Notes: a model not told the origin generated them from the letters alone. A stretch of 64,000 nt of DNA from Amoebophrya sp. A120 (GCA_905178155.1 CAJINV010000007.1:3299800-3363799), one strand, 5' to 3'. Positions 1 through 13,800 are shown, numbered from the stretch's first letter. Made by a program: numbers and translations.

Positions 1-339
1 TTCCGCAAGAACCCCGGGCGAAGAAACATGAGCAGGAGCGGTCGAAGCAGGCGACAACACCAACGGTGGGGACTGTGCGAAGGTCGCAAGTGGGGCCGTT
101 TGGCGGGCTCTCGCTCAGGTCGCTGTTTGAATGATTGAAGTAGAGCGAAGGTCGTGCAGTACTTAAGTAGTTGCGTTCGCTTCTGCCTCTAGTTTCAGTC
201 GAAATACTAGCTTTATTCTTCGGCAAGCAGAAAACCAAAACATCTAACCGAGCATAGAAGCAAACGACTAACGTAGCACAGCTAGGATCGCTAGAAAGTT
301 AGCATGGGCATTTCTGTTCAGTGAATTGATACAATGTTT

Positions 340-583
340 TGGATTTGGAATGATAGTAGATGGAAAGAACACGTTGGTAGCAGGAGAATATCGACGTACG
401 CGACGAGGATCTATGATGCGTTTTTGTAAAATTCGGTATCGGTAACGGTAATTTGATACAGTTGAGTTATGACCACTTTGAGTTAGAAAGGTAATGGCAA
501 TGGTTTGAGTTTGGAATGATAAATAGTAGCAGGAGGAGAAATTTGACGTACTTACACAGATTGTTGATGCGTTTTTGTAAAAT
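340..583. repeat. Degenerate intergenic direct duplication
   Basis: The ordered blocks tttggaatgata, gtagcaggag, gacgtac and tgatgcgtttttgtaaaatt occur twice, at about 344-433 and about 510-583. Confidence 0.7.
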
Positions 584-1118
584 TAATTTTAGTGCTCGGA
601 AGATATTCGTATTTCTTCCATGCTCAGTTTACAATTTCAATGTCCACATGATTTTTAGAGTTTCAATTGCAGTTTACGTCTATTGGTTTCCGAAGCGTGA
701 TATGGGCAGAATGCAAGCAGAAAACTGTATATTATATCAAGATGAAGTAGAAGTTTGTTAGATTGGATCGTCTCTTTACGAGGCCTAGATCATTATGCAC
801 ACTATGCACTCCGTTACCGTTTCCAACAGAAGGACCGGATATGACGGACTGTGTTTTTCGTCTCGTCCGTCCGCTTCGACAGACGACGACGAGAAAGGAG
901 AAACATTCAGCTCGATCGTCAAGAATTCGTTTAGGTCGATTCGTCTTTTCGCAGGCCTCGACGTTTGCGGAGTCGTTGAGAGGTTGTTCGCCGGCTTCGG
1001 ATGAACCTTGTACGACGAAATGCGAGAGCACTCGAACAATTTTCACTGATCCGTGATGTGGTCGTACTAGCTACCCGCACAGGAAGTAGAAAATCAAAAA
1101 GTAAAGGAAGCAAAGAAG

Positions 1119-1778
1119 ATGCCTCACCCGGCGGGTTTGCCCTGTCTTCTTTGCGGCAAGAGCGCCTCCGCTTGTTGCTGCAAGGTGGCGCACGGGGCGT
1201 GCACCTGCTGTGGGCACGTGTGCAAAGACCTCCTGACTTGTTGCCTCATGTGTTGTACGCCGACCTGCCCATCGGGCGGTGGGAGTGGCAATGGAGGGCA
1301 CCGGTCCTCGTCCGGCGCAGCACCCGGCGCTGGAACAACGACATCAATTGCTGGGAATGGTGCAGCACCCCCCAGGTCCGCGCAACAGGAACCTGGAGCG
1401 GCTTCGCGTTTCCCCGGAAACAAGGCTGCCACTCCGCTTACTCCGGGAGGTGTGATTTTCTATCCTCCGAAAACGCAACTGCAAAAAACTGCGCACGAGA
1501 TTATGGTGGACGAGCAGCTGCGGGAGAAGCACATCGAGGACACAGTGGAGCGCGGGCTGCAGATGTTTCGTCAGTACCACGAGTCTGAAACGGAATTCCG
1601 CGTCACCCCGGGCGAAAACCGCTACTACACCGGCTACTTCCCGCAGGCCGACCTCCAGGCACACGTGCAGCAGCACTGTGCGGGAAGTAGTCCCGAGGAT
1701 GAAGGGCAAGAGGACGAGTGCGTGAAACAAGTGCCGTCACCGACGCGGGAGCGGAATAAAAGTCCGAAGAAGGATTGA
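1119..1778 (+). CDS. Uncharacterised protein with Cys-rich N-terminus (219 aa)
   Basis: Single ORF with GC-rich codon usage between AT-richer flanks. N-terminus has CxxC/CCC clusters. C-terminal motif EDEG-x5-V-x2-VPSPTR-x-R is shared with the next gene. Confidence 0.7.
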   Translation: MPHPAGLPCLLCGKSASACCCKVAHGACTCCGHVCKDLLTCCLMCCTPTCPSGGGSGNGGHRSSSGAAPGAGTTTSIAGNGAAPPRSAQQEPGAASRFPGNKAATPLTPGGVIFYPPKTQLQKTAHEIMVDEQLREKHIEDTVERGLQMFRQYHESETEFRVTPGENRYYTGYFPQADLQAHVQQHCAGSSPEDEGQEDECVKQVPSPTRERNKSPKKD

Positions 1779-2602
1779 GGTTGAGCGGGGAAGAACAAAA
1801 GATGCGGGGACGAGTGAGGTGCTTTAATGAAGTTGGAATTATTGCGGGTAAAAAGTCGCTGACTTTCTAAGTAGAGGAATGTTATGTATGATCACCAGCA
1901 AAAGCAATTAGTTGAACGCTATCGGTTTTTGTAAATTACTAACACAAACAAGTCAAAGTAAGATGTAGCTCCAAGATTACGACTTTATTTCTGAATTTCA
2001 AGGACATGCTCCTGATTGATGTCCACTTCCTTTTACTATTACTGTATAATTTTCGATTTCGAAGACGCGTACCTAGTATCCCGTTGGTATGAAGGAATTG
2101 CAAAACACCTGCCTGTTTACAAAAATCAAGTCGCTAGTAGACGGCTAAAGCTGAATTCAGTAAATTGAATCTGAATGTACATGAAAATCCAAAAGATTGA
2201 CTTGCCACCTTTCTTCACACGGCTACGAATGTCATGCGTTGTCGACTTGGAGTTGTGTTGCGGCTTTGCATTTCTTGCTTCGTGGCCTCGTTGTCGTTGT
2301 GACGGTGCCTGGTCGTGCCTTCTTTCGATCGCAATTGGTTCGTCTTGAAACAAACTCTCTTATCGCTCCGAGTGAATCGCAATTCTGTCGTCGTCGTCAT
2401 GTTTGCGTTCGTCATCCTCATCGTCTATTCCATTTCCAGAAGATAATTGTTTCCCTCGCGTTCTTTCGATGCAGTAGGTACGGGATCACGGAACAATAAA
2501 TTCGCCTACTACAACATAGACCAGGACATACTCATTGTACAACGAACGGGTAGTCGCAGGCGCGCAGCTAGGTGAAATAAGTAGAAAGATTATCAGGAGG
2601 AA

Positions 2603-3721
2603 ATGGCCACCGTCGTCTCCCGGCCCACCCCGTCCTTCGGGCGCGGCGCGCTCGGGCAGAAACGGCTGCTGAAGGAGTACAAGCAGATGCAGGAGATGGC
2701 GAAGAACAAGGAGGATATGAACGGAATCTACGCCGAGCCCAGCCCGGACAACTTGTTCGTCTGGTACTTTTTGTTCGAGCCGGAAGAAGAGCCCTATTCC
2801 CGCGGCCAGTACCTCGGGAAGGTCGTGCTCCCGGAGGAGTACCCGTTCAAGCCCCCCGAACTGTACATGCTAACGCCGAACGGGCGGTTCGAGGTGAACA
2901 CGAAGATCTGCACCACCATGAGTTCCTACCATCCGGAAACCTGGAAGTCGATTTGGACGATCCGGACGGTTTTGCTAGGGTTGCTGTCCTACTTCCACGA
3001 AACCGGCTCCCTCGGAATCGGCTGCACGCTGACTCCGGAATTTCGGAAGAAGCAACTGGCCGAGCAGAGTTGGGGCTGGAACAAAAAGCACGTGGTGGCG
3101 GGGATGCTCTTTGCAGACCGGCTCTTCGACGAAAACCCGAAGGTGGAAAAAGCGGAGATCATGTTGAACCCGGTTTTTACTTCGTTTTTCCGGGCCGCGG
3201 GGGACTTTGTCATGGCGCCGTTCAAGGGGGCTGCGCTGGGCTGTGAGCAGTGTCAGAAAAACCCAGACACGAACAAGGAGGAAGAAGAAATCGAGATTTC
3301 GCCTGTGAAACCGAAAAGAGATGTTGATGACCCGGTAGTGAAATTCGAATCTGGCGGCGGGAAAAAGACGGAACAAGAGGAACATCAAGGGGGTGGAGAA
3401 ACGGGATCAACAGCGGGTCAAATGGGTGGCGGTCTGGGGCTTGTCGGAAAGCAGGACGGTGATGGCGAGGTCGAGGAACAGCTGCAGGCAGGGGAGTTGT
3501 TTAGACAGGTTCTCCCGGCGAAAAAATTGTTTGAGACGTCCTCGACTCACGACGAGCACGGCAACGAGCAGGTCAGCAGCAATGGCGGCGGTCGTGGTGC
3601 TTCTGCTTCCTCCGGTAAAGAGGTACCGCAGGAAAAGGGAGGAGAAGACGAGGGTGGTGATCTTCGTCGTGTTACGCACGTGCCGTCTCCGACCCGGAAC
3701 CGCTCCTGGTGGGCGTTGTAG
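2603..3721 (+). CDS. UBC6: Ubiquitin-conjugating enzyme E2, UBC6/UBE2J family
   Basis: RLLKEY...YPFKPP...TPNGRFEVNTKICTTMSSYHPETW: TPNGRF and the active-site Cys followed by MSSYHPE are characteristic of Ubc6/UBE2J. Long acidic/Gly-rich C-terminal tail. Confidence 0.92.
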   Translation: MATVVSRPTPSFGRGALGQKRLLKEYKQMQEMAKNKEDMNGIYAEPSPDNLFVWYFLFEPEEEPYSRGQYLGKVVLPEEYPFKPPELYMLTPNGRFEVNTKICTTMSSYHPETWKSIWTIRTVLLGLLSYFHETGSLGIGCTLTPEFRKKQLAEQSWGWNKKHVVAGMLFADRLFDENPKVEKAEIMLNPVFTSFFRAAGDFVMAPFKGAALGCEQCQKNPDTNKEEEEIEISPVKPKRDVDDPVVKFESGGGKKTEQEEHQGGGETGSTAGQMGGGLGLVGKQDGDGEVEEQLQAGELFRQVLPAKKLFETSSTHDEHGNEQVSSNGGGRGASASSGKEVPQEKGGEDEGGDLRRVTHVPSPTRNRSWWAL

Positions 3722-4820
3722 TGCCTGAAATGTCATGAAGACTTTGCGGGAAGGAGTTTGGAGGGATCATTTGGATGTGAGGTACTGGTGTTGAAGATGT
3801 CAGCTTACTACTACGTGTATTTTTGAAGAAAATATAGTAACAATCTCAGAGTGCAATAAAAACTTTGTTTGTAAACGTAAGAGCAATTATTTATGCACAA
3901 GTGCCGTTCGTACTAGAACTAGTGTAGTTGTAGAATTCAGTTTGCAGAACCAGAAGCAGATATAGGTAGTCCTGATTTGAAATTTCTGGATGAAGACGAG
4001 TTTGTAGGCGTTCTAAAGTAAGATAAACCTAAGAAGACCTGTTGTTGCTCTGACCATTGTGCAAAGTGAAAGACTGGAAACAGGACCCAGGAATGTGTAC
4101 GCCACTACCCCTGTGACCTGTTAGGAGTCGAGGCGACGGCACCAGCCCGGGATTCTCTGCCGGGCGATCTTCATCTTAGATCTTGTCAGTGTCGTGCACT
4201 TTAAAAATGAATGATTGTCTTCGCCAAAAGTTTTGCGTTCGTTCACCCGTTTAGCAGAACTCGTTCACCTTTCGTAAAATGGTAAGACTTTCGCTTCAAT
4301 CTCGTTTTCGTATTCGTCCAACGAAAGCCGTGCGCTTTTCAGCGAAAGATCGGTCGTAGAAGTTTATCTTGTGCAGGAGAAGTGTCAAATATTGTTGTTA
4401 TCGTTGTATGATGGGTCTCCTTCCCTCTCCGTGCGTCTTCTGACCTGTGCAGTCCGCTGGATTTCAAAAATGAGACCACTCATAATTGTAGCGACCATAA
4501 GATATGAGTATTACACGTGTGGAGTTCCACCTCCAATCGGATAAGTATGTTTCACGTACAGCCTGCAGTCACTTTTTACGTTTGACACAGTCCTCGGAAT
4601 CCAGCTCCCGTTTTTGATTTTCTCGCTATCGATTCACTACCAGCCCCACTTTCGTAGTACTTTTTGCACTTTATTTCCTCTTATTTCCCGACTCATCGAA
4701 CATCATTTCAGAAGAACTCCCGGTCTCACAACAAGGATGGAAGGACGAACCTTGGGCAATCCAAGTTTTCGCTTTCCGGGGCGGCCGAGGTACATTTCCA
4801 AGGGCGATTCCCGCGCCGAC

Positions 4821-6342
4821 ATGACAACTCGGAACAGCTTCTCTGCTCCACCGCCGTTGCTGCTGAAGGGCTCGACTCTTTGCCAGCTCTGCTGCTGGTT
4901 CTGCAGCTCGAGCAAGAATCCGGGCTTTTCCTTTGCGGCGCACGTCGTGCAGCAAGGGACGGACCAGCACGGAGGTGGTTTTCCAGCAGAGCCCGTTCCC
5001 ATCCAAGAATCCTACTTCGTGCCACTCGGAAAGGAGCGCGAGGCTTCTATGGGTGCGACGACCGAGGAGGGCGATGAAGCCAGCGCAGGCTGCGGTGACG
5101 CTTGCGGGACGGAGCAGGATCTAAAGGAGGAGACAGGGCCTGAAGGAGGCGAATTTTCTGGGGCCCCCCTCTTGGGTGGAGGTGGAGAGAGTGGAGCAGG
5201 AACGCTGTCGATACCGGAGTCGATCGATGTTTATCGAGGGACCGGCGATTATTACTTTAACACTGAAGATGTAGATCTTCCTTACGGAGAATGTAAGCTA
5301 CATCCCGGGCGCAAGGCGAACGTCTGTGTTCCACCGAGGGGATACGTTCCACTGTACACCAGTGAAAGAAGTGGATTACATCCATCGCTGCAAGGGCGAC
5401 CTACTTCAGATAGGTTCGTTGACAGAAAAGCACGTGGCAACGCTCAAGTTCAGGAAGGCACCCAGTGAAGATTCAGACGGATCTAGTCAGCACGGATGGG
5501 ACGAAGACAACCAGGTCATACTTCTCGCGAAGCCCGGCGGCTATGAAACAGAGAGAGCCGACTTCTCGTATTGGAAAACAGACCTGGGTTGGAGCGCAGG
5601 CGACACGACAAATGCCTTCTTCCAAATGGCCTGCAATCAGATAAATACCAAGACTGGCAAACTCACTGACCCCGACAAGGACTACTCTGTGTCGGAGTGG
5701 CGCCCGCCTGACAACATGTTATCTCAAAAATTGGGATTTGGCCCCGACGGACTCGAAGAATTTTGGAAAGGCAATGCCGGGGACCTCTTGCGCCTCGTTT
5801 GGGAGTCGACTGAGGCCCAAGAGGCAGGAGCAGTTCGGATCAGTTCCTACAACTGCGGCAACCGGACTCCGCAACCCGTGGCCGATGAGAACGGCTCCAC
5901 CGCCGTTTCTTACTGCAAGGAGGGCCAGCTGCAACGCCAGGACAGGTGCGACTGCCCAGGCGCCGCGGCTCGCTGCAGCAAGGACGCCCCGGACGGGCAA
6001 CTATTTTGTTTCAAACGGGACGACAACTGGGCAGGCTGCCTTAACTACTGGGACTGCTTGGAGTTCGATTATACCTCGTACACGTACACCGGGCGCAAAA
6101 TTACGTATCCCTTGAACGACGGAGTCTACTGGGATTGCAGTAAGCTGTCTGGGGCCAGCTCCTCCTTCCTGCAGCGCGACGATGCCGGGCTACCTGCCCC
6201 CGGACCGACGCCGGACCAAAACGACGGTCGTGAGCAAAAAACCGACGCTCGCGATGAAAATGATGGCGCCAGCACCAGTACATCTACGCAGCAGGAGGAG
6301 CTGGTGGACACGAAGAATCACAAAGCTGTGCTGCTTGTGTGA
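4821..6342 (+). CDS. Cys-rich, possibly secreted protein, split over two overlapping frames (frameshift or unresolved intron near 5275-5460)
   Basis: ORF 4614-5468 (ATG 4821) overlaps ORF 5326-6342. The latter has Cys/Trp-rich globular sequence (CDCPG..CSKD..LFCF..WAGCLNYWDC) and ends with an SSFLQ motif. Confidence 0.55.
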
Positions 6343-7893
6343 AGAGCTGAATACCTTCACACCACAGGGAGTTGTCGCTCCCTGTGGGGTAGACTTTCAT
6401 GTGCTTCTAGGCCGATCCCGAGCCTTTGTGCAAAACAGTTTTTATGAGCCTTCAAGACCAAGAGCGAGACCCGAACTGTTTATAGTTTTGAAAGCAGATT
6501 TATCCTTGAGCAAAAAAATGCCTGCGCATTATTAAATCGCAAAAGAAAACCGCATGACAGTACGCATCTGCAGCACGTCTTCGAATAATTATTCGATGTC
6601 AAAACCACTACAAATCCTTCCTTATTAAAGTATGAATGAGAATGTCAATGTTTCGATTTCAAAGCATTCATCCGATCCACGAACAAGACCAATATACAGT
6701 ACGAAATCCGATCGAATCTATTAAAAGCACTGTAAATCCAATACACAAAAATCTCGAGTACAACTACAAGTACGAATAAAACCACAATCCGCATGTTATT
6801 TCGTCGAGTGGAAGTTTCACATTTTCTTTTTCGTTACGCGCCGCCCACCCGACACCGACAGACTGCGACTGCGCTACAGAAAAGAAGCAAGAGCAATATC
6901 TTCAATCCCCCTCGAAAATCAATCCGACCCCCCGCCTAGTATGCTTGACTTTGACAACTACTTGAAAAACAAAAAGCCAAAGCACTACCCGACTGCGCGA
7001 AAAAAGTGGCAGCCCCACACCGAGAAAAACGCGAGACAACACTGGGAAAGTTAAGGACGCGAAACCGCAGCCACAGAAGAAAAGGACGAAGATTGTGTTC
7101 TACCTTTTACACTGAGCTACTAGCGCGATCAGCCTGCATGTTGCTCTGTTGACCAGTACGATTGCGCTTGGTACAAGTTGAGACAACAGGAAAGACTGGA
7201 AACGGGGCAGAAGAATTATATGTACGTGACAACATCTGACCTGTCATGACTCGAGGCCACGGTACCAGGACCAGCTCGGGATCCTTGGTCGGACATATGA
7301 TTGCGTCCTTCCTTGTATTCTGCGGTTTCTCTTACTCTTTCTCCGTCCACGTGATAGCCAGCGTCTTTTTGGTGCACTATTCTCTGCAATCGTTGCCATT
7401 CAAATCGTATTGTCGTGCCACTCAGCCTCAGGAGCGTATGTTTGTAGAAAAGATCAAAATTCCATCGTTCCATTGTCGTTCAGGAGGACTTTGCATCCGG
7501 AAGCTTCCTTCGTGCATCTTTTGTCACGCTTCGTTCTTTCTTCGTGCATCGTTTGTCACGCTACGTTCTCTTACTCACAGTGCTCGCTGCGTATTGTGCG
7601 ATCGCCAGTGAGTTTTAGTTCTCAAGAACACGGTAAAAGTAAGTATGTGATTCCCCAAATCCATCACAGCCAGGAGCTTGGAAACACGGAAAAACTTCCC
7701 TGCAATGCTACATTATCACCATGTTTTATGTTTATGAATGTATTAAGCTTAACGAGTCGTGCAGCGGCATGCATATGCATGAGTACCGTACTAGTACTCT
7801 TTCGTACCCACGTTTTAGTTGTTCACCAGCACAAGCACCGATAAAATCTGAAGCTGTGGTCCCCTAATCAAGTCTGAAGATTTTTGTGACAGG

Positions 7894-10800
7894 ATGTTAG
7901 CCTCCTCCCGGCGAAAGGGCCGAGCGGACAGGGCCAATGACCGCAGGCAGGCTCAGCGAACACGGGCCACCACGGACAGGAATTCTTTTCAAAATAACGC
8001 AGCATGGCAAACGCAAACGCAATCGACTCCAGATCTTCAAGAACAGCAGCCGTATTTGTCAAATCTAGCGTTGAGCTTGCTGTACCCAAATTTGCTACTT
8101 CCGGCGCAAGGTCAGCCGGAAGTTGTGTCAGCAGTACAAGAGGAACAAGGTCGGCGCAGCGGGCCGAGCAGGAACCACCACCCAGCAACGGATCTTCCAC
8201 AGACGAGCCTAACTAAAGCCCCTGTCATGATGCAGAAGCTACCTGAGCAGGGGGAAAGTCAAAGTGGAAGCAGTTCGGACCAAAACGATGGTAACGCGAC
8301 TTCCAGTACGGCCTATGACACAGCGCAGGAGGACGTTGACGCGGATCCAGGAGGTTATATTGTTAGAGGGCCGACCAGCACGACAAGAAACAGAAGCAAC
8401 AAAATCAAAAGCGAGAAGATGAATAAGTATAAGATGAGTGCCAACGACGAGACCTCCTCAGATAGAAGAGCTGCGTCAGTTCTGTCGCCGGTGCGAAGCA
8501 GGGACCAAGGACGCGGAAGAACTTCTTCCAACGGGGTTCAAGTAGACCGCATGAGTTCTACTTTCTCGACCTCTTCGATCCTCCTGGAGCAGGCTTTTGT
8601 TTACAATTCCGACGATGTCGTCCGTGCTTTCATGGAATTGCCAGCAACGGAGCGGGACCAGCTTCTACAGCATCCGGAGCACGGGTTGAGAATCAGGCAG
8701 CACATGGACGTCGCAGGAACACCAGCGGGAAAAAACAAGAAGCGCGGTGGATTTTTACCATCGGAGGAAGATAAGATCCTTATCAGCAACGACGAGGATT
8801 ACGCTGGGTATGGGAGCCTCGGCTTGCGAGTTTTCAGCCCGCGCGGCAGGAGCGATTCGCCCATGGCGAAAACAGGGAACAGGGCAACGGAGGAGATGCT
8901 CGTGCAAGCCACTGCGGGAATGTTGCGAGAACAAGGAACAAAATCGGACGGTGCTGGCAGAACAAAATCTAGATCACCAGTCCCGCGAGTTGCACACAGG
9001 AAAGAAGTTGGCGCAAGATCTTCCAATCAAGGGAACGCTTCGCCTGCGCCTGGGGTCGTGGGTACATCACAACGCGACCAGAAGGATCAGCCTGCAGCTC
9101 TTCCGGAAAACGAAAAAGCGCACACTGGAGATCGAGAACAACAAGGGCCGTCGCAAAACGTCCCCGGGACGGCGCACCGAACCAGCGGGAACTTAACCAT
9201 TGAGAGGAAAACTTCGCTGCAGAGCCAGCAAGGAGCAACATCGCAAGAGCAGCTACCCTATGGTTTTTTACCCGCTCCGGCAGCTGCAAAAGCAAATTCC
9301 ATATCCAGTCGTTCCGAGGGAAGGGGAGCAGCAGCAGGTGCCTCGCATCTTCAAAAGGAACGACGGAACAACCTTGGCAATGCTGATGGACAAAACAATG
9401 CCAATGATAGTCTTGTTGCGCAGACGTCCCCGTCCAAGAACGAGAAACCTTCAACACCAGCTACTTTCGCGGGGAATGAAAATCCAGTATCCCCCGATGA
9501 GGCCGACTCGAAAAGTGTCAAGGAGGGTAGAAGTGCTGGCACAATGACCACTGAAAGCATCGTCCCTCTTCCCGGCGACACTAGCGACAAAAGTGTGTAC
9601 GTTGTCATGAAAGAGGACGACCTGGTTCGGGCTTTGACCAGAGTCTCATCTCCTTCATCCACACCCGCAGCAGTTAACGATGGCATTTTTACGTCGTCCA
9701 CTATCATGATTCCTGGTAAGAATCGTTATAACGCACTTATTAGCAGAACGACAAGAAAAGCTTCGACTCCTGCAACAAAAGGTCGCGCGCAGACCACCAC
9801 GAATCTCGGAGGTAGTAGGAAAATGCACAGTGGGCCTGGAGCGCAGCCAGGAAGACAAGAACTTTTACGGAATGCGAAAGCGAGTCTTGACGAAGACGAG
9901 GAAGAGAAAAACGCCATTCCCTCCTACCAGGAGGTCGAACAGCAATACTTGCAGCGAAAAATGCAGCCTGCGCCAGTGGTGGAACCGGAATTTGACACGA
10001 GGGTAGGTGGAGGTTCGGTACTGAATCTTCAAACCAAACCTCCCGCTCAGCCGTTGTTTCAAGCTCCCCACGTGCCGCACGCGCACGTCCGATCTGCAGC
10101 GACGTCGCCAACTCCGTCGCCGCGGGCCATGATGCCATCGGTGATGCAAAAGTTCGACCCGAGCCAGCGCCAAGGTAAGACTGGTGCGATAGAGCGGACC
10201 CTGAAGGCCAGTACTGCAACCAAAAGTCGAGCGGGAGATGTTGCAAAGAAGGGATCGACTGCAGAAGAGTTGTCGAAAGAAGCACAACGTCCCGGGTCTG
10301 TGAGCGAGTCTGCTCCTACGAGAGGTGAAGTTTTGACCAGCACTGGCAGCACTGCCACGAAAACGGAAAAACCTGCACTAGCGTCGTTGATGACTCGCAC
10401 GACGATCGCGCCGCGACCGCAGACACAGTTCGTCCAGGCTGCTCCGACGATGACCTCTGAAATGAATGTTGGCAGCAAGGCCACCTCGTCTCTGGTGAAG
10501 TCACAGGAAACTGCTGTAGTGACCCCCAGTAGAATTTCGCAACAAGCACGATCAGCATCGACAAGAAGTGCTCCTCCAACAAAGCGAGACAGAACAAGTA
10601 AGGAATGGCGAGATGAAAGAAGTGCTTCAAGAGCCCTGCAAGGTCATGAAGCACCAGATGTTCCTCTTCTACCGGAGAACTACCCACAGCATCTAGGTTT
10701 CGGCCTTCGGTTCACCAGGAAACAGGACCTAAACACTGGAGGTACTACCTCCAGCACGATAATTGGCCGTGCCGCTGGCGAGGAGCAGTCCACAGCAGTA

Positions 10801-13800
10801 CTGTCGAAGTCAACTGGAGTGGCTTTTTCCTCCTCGCTCCTGCAAGGGAAAAGCTTCAGGACAGTTGTTCCGGACGACTACCGGAATATCAATGACAGTA
10901 TCCGAGAATGGAACCTGAGTAAGAACGTGGCGCAGATGCAGAAAAACCTGCCGCGGTCCTTCACGGCGTCGAAAACGACCACGTCGGACGGCGGCGGTGC
11001 GAACTACAGCCAAGTGGACGAAGACCTCGTCCAAGTTTTGTCGGAGTACGTTCAGGAGATTAAAAACGCATACGCAGCAGGCGAAACAACTAGTATTAAA
11101 GCGGGCTCGACACCAGCAGGTGCTGGTGACAGCTCCTCTGGAGTGCCAGTAGTAGACCTGCAGCCAGGAGACACAGAAGTAGATTTGGACGAATTGGTTC
11201 TCGCAAATAGTACGACCGCTGGAGCAGCGGGTTCGAAAGAAAGCACTTTTTCTTCGAGGATGTTTTACTTTCCGAAGAAGCGGACCTTCTCCAATTTGAC
11301 CGAAAAGCGCACACAGGACCTGTACCGCGAGAAGCGAGAACTGGAGGAAAAACTCCTGAAAACCGTGATGCGACGGGTGATGATGGAAAGAACACGCGCG
11401 AAGGTTAAGCAAAAGAAGGTGGAGGCGGAGGACCACCTACAGAGCGATTCTCGAACAATAGCGACCAGGAATTTGTTGTCCTCGCGCGAGTTGTTTTCAA
11501 GAAGAGCGACATCTTCGTCAAGGAGGCCTGGCGTTGTGGAGCGGTTGGAGCGGCAGAAAAAAATGAGCAACGAGAATTCCAGGAGCGTGGTTGAAGACGT
11601 AAGTAGAAGACCAAAACAGCGGGAACGCACCACTTATCGTGCAGCAAGAGACGGGGATGAGCAAAGGGCCTCCATGAACACGAGGAGAAAAAGCAGAAGT
11701 AGCTCACCCGAGGAGCAGACTTCAAGTCATGATGATCTTGCGAAGGATTACTACCACTCGCCTTCGCGTGCGTCAAGGGACGAGAGGCTCACGGCGGACA
11801 TGACGGTTGTTTCGCCGAAAATCTCCCGGGTCTTGAAGACACCGCATCGGTGGAACTCCAGATTTGGGGTGCAAAACCATAGAGTTTCTACGGGCAAGCT
11901 CTCCACGTCTGTGTGTCCATCCTCGCAGAAGTCCTCGCACAAAGGAGAGTATAATTCTTCGGGCCGTGTGCAAAACTACGACGGTTCTCTGCGCGATCAT
12001 TTGATTGACCAGTACGCAAAAATGCGGACGTCATCAAAAACAAGACAGAATAGCAGTGCAACGGATCTAGGAGCTTTCGCACAGCTTTCGAAGGCCGAAA
12101 ACACGAGGCCGTGGTCGTGGCAGAGGGTTCCTAGACTGTCAGCCGCCGCAAGAAATAAGGACTCTGCGGATCATGCTGTTGATAGAGAGTCGGCCTCTGC
12201 TGCCGAACAGAGAAGTTCAACTCCTCTTGCTCTTTCTGACCACGATGGTTTCGGTCAGGTGCTGAAGCTGCAACACGAGGAAGAACTACGCATGGGTCGA
12301 AGCGCCGGAACATCAACCCTGGTTGAGGCAAACACAAGAACCACGAGAAACATGCACAGCACCAGCCGTGAAAGTATCCTGGCAGCGGAACGGCACAGCA
12401 GTACTAGAAGAGATAGTGAACAAACAGTGAATAACAATAACTCTATGTCCAAGGCGGACTTAACACAAGAACCGCTAGTCGACCGTGCGAAGTTGACCAC
12501 ACAATATAGTACCTCGCCACCCTTCAGCACGAAACCGAGGCAGAGCGAAACCGTCGTTCCGGCTAAGCTGTCTCTGCACCTGCCGCAGGACAGGGACGTC
12601 GTGGAGATCAGATATTTGGACGGGAACTATCCGCCTTCGGACGATCTGTATTCGGAGCCGTCGGACATGCTGTTTCCCTCGGGGCGGGAGCAAGAGGACA
12701 CAAGAACTCAACATGTCCTCGAGCCTGGAACCTTTCGCAAAGAAGCAGTTTATGCAGGCGAACGAAAGAGAAGCGCCCAGGAATCGCGGGGGAAAACACA
12801 CGACCTAGAGCAGGTTGAGCACGACGAGAACAAAAAGAAGTCCCCGACCCGGCATCCCTCACGACTGAATTCGCGTCAAAACACGTTTTCCGCACCACAC
12901 AAGCGCAGTCGCTTTCTGTCCAAGAAGTTCGACACGCATAACGAGTTAGCTTCGCAGGCAAGCCTCGCGCTAGCAAAACACTCAACTACCGAAGTAAATA
13001 AGAGCACCTTTTTCAGACCACCACTAGTCCAGCTGCAGCCGCTACCCTCCACGATCCAAATTCCGGTTTTGGAGGACGATGAGAGCGCTTTGGAGGACCA
13101 GCACAACCAGCTTGACGATCTCGACCGAGACCCCCGGCGCACGAGCCAGATTCTCGCGGACATGCATCGCAAAATCGAGCACTTGGGTTCGCTGGTGAAC
13201 TTTGAGGAAAAGACCATCAAGCGCCTGAACACATTCCACCACAGCAGCGCCGGGTCGGTCGGGTCGCTGTCCATGATCTGGGAGCAATTAGATTTCGCGG
13301 AGGATGACGAGGAGGGTGATCAAGGGGAAAATGGAAGAAACGGCGGAACTACCAAAATGCCTGCTTCGCGGGCAAGAAATTATCGACGTTTAGTACAACT
13401 ACGTCACAGCCGCAGCACCGCAGATTCAGAATTGGAGGCGGCAGGAGAGGATCATCAGGACGACCACGAAATTGTAGAGGGGGCGCACCACGACTACACT
13501 GGTTCTGAAGAACACCAGCATCACCGCTCTATTCCGACGGAGCAACATGGGCACGAGCGACCTGACCACACGCACACCACACTCTCCCACAGTCGCGCTT
13601 CCAGTCTTGAGCACACAACAAGCCAACAGCCGACGGTCAGTCACGTTCCGAGTAAAAATGGAGATGTTTTTGACTACACATCTGAGGCAGAGAAACGACT
13701 TGCTTTGGTGGGCGGGTCAAACAGAAATCAAAACCATACCACGGCTTTATCGAGCAAGGGGAATGATTTTCCGAGCAGCAAAGATCAGTCAAGCTCGAAG

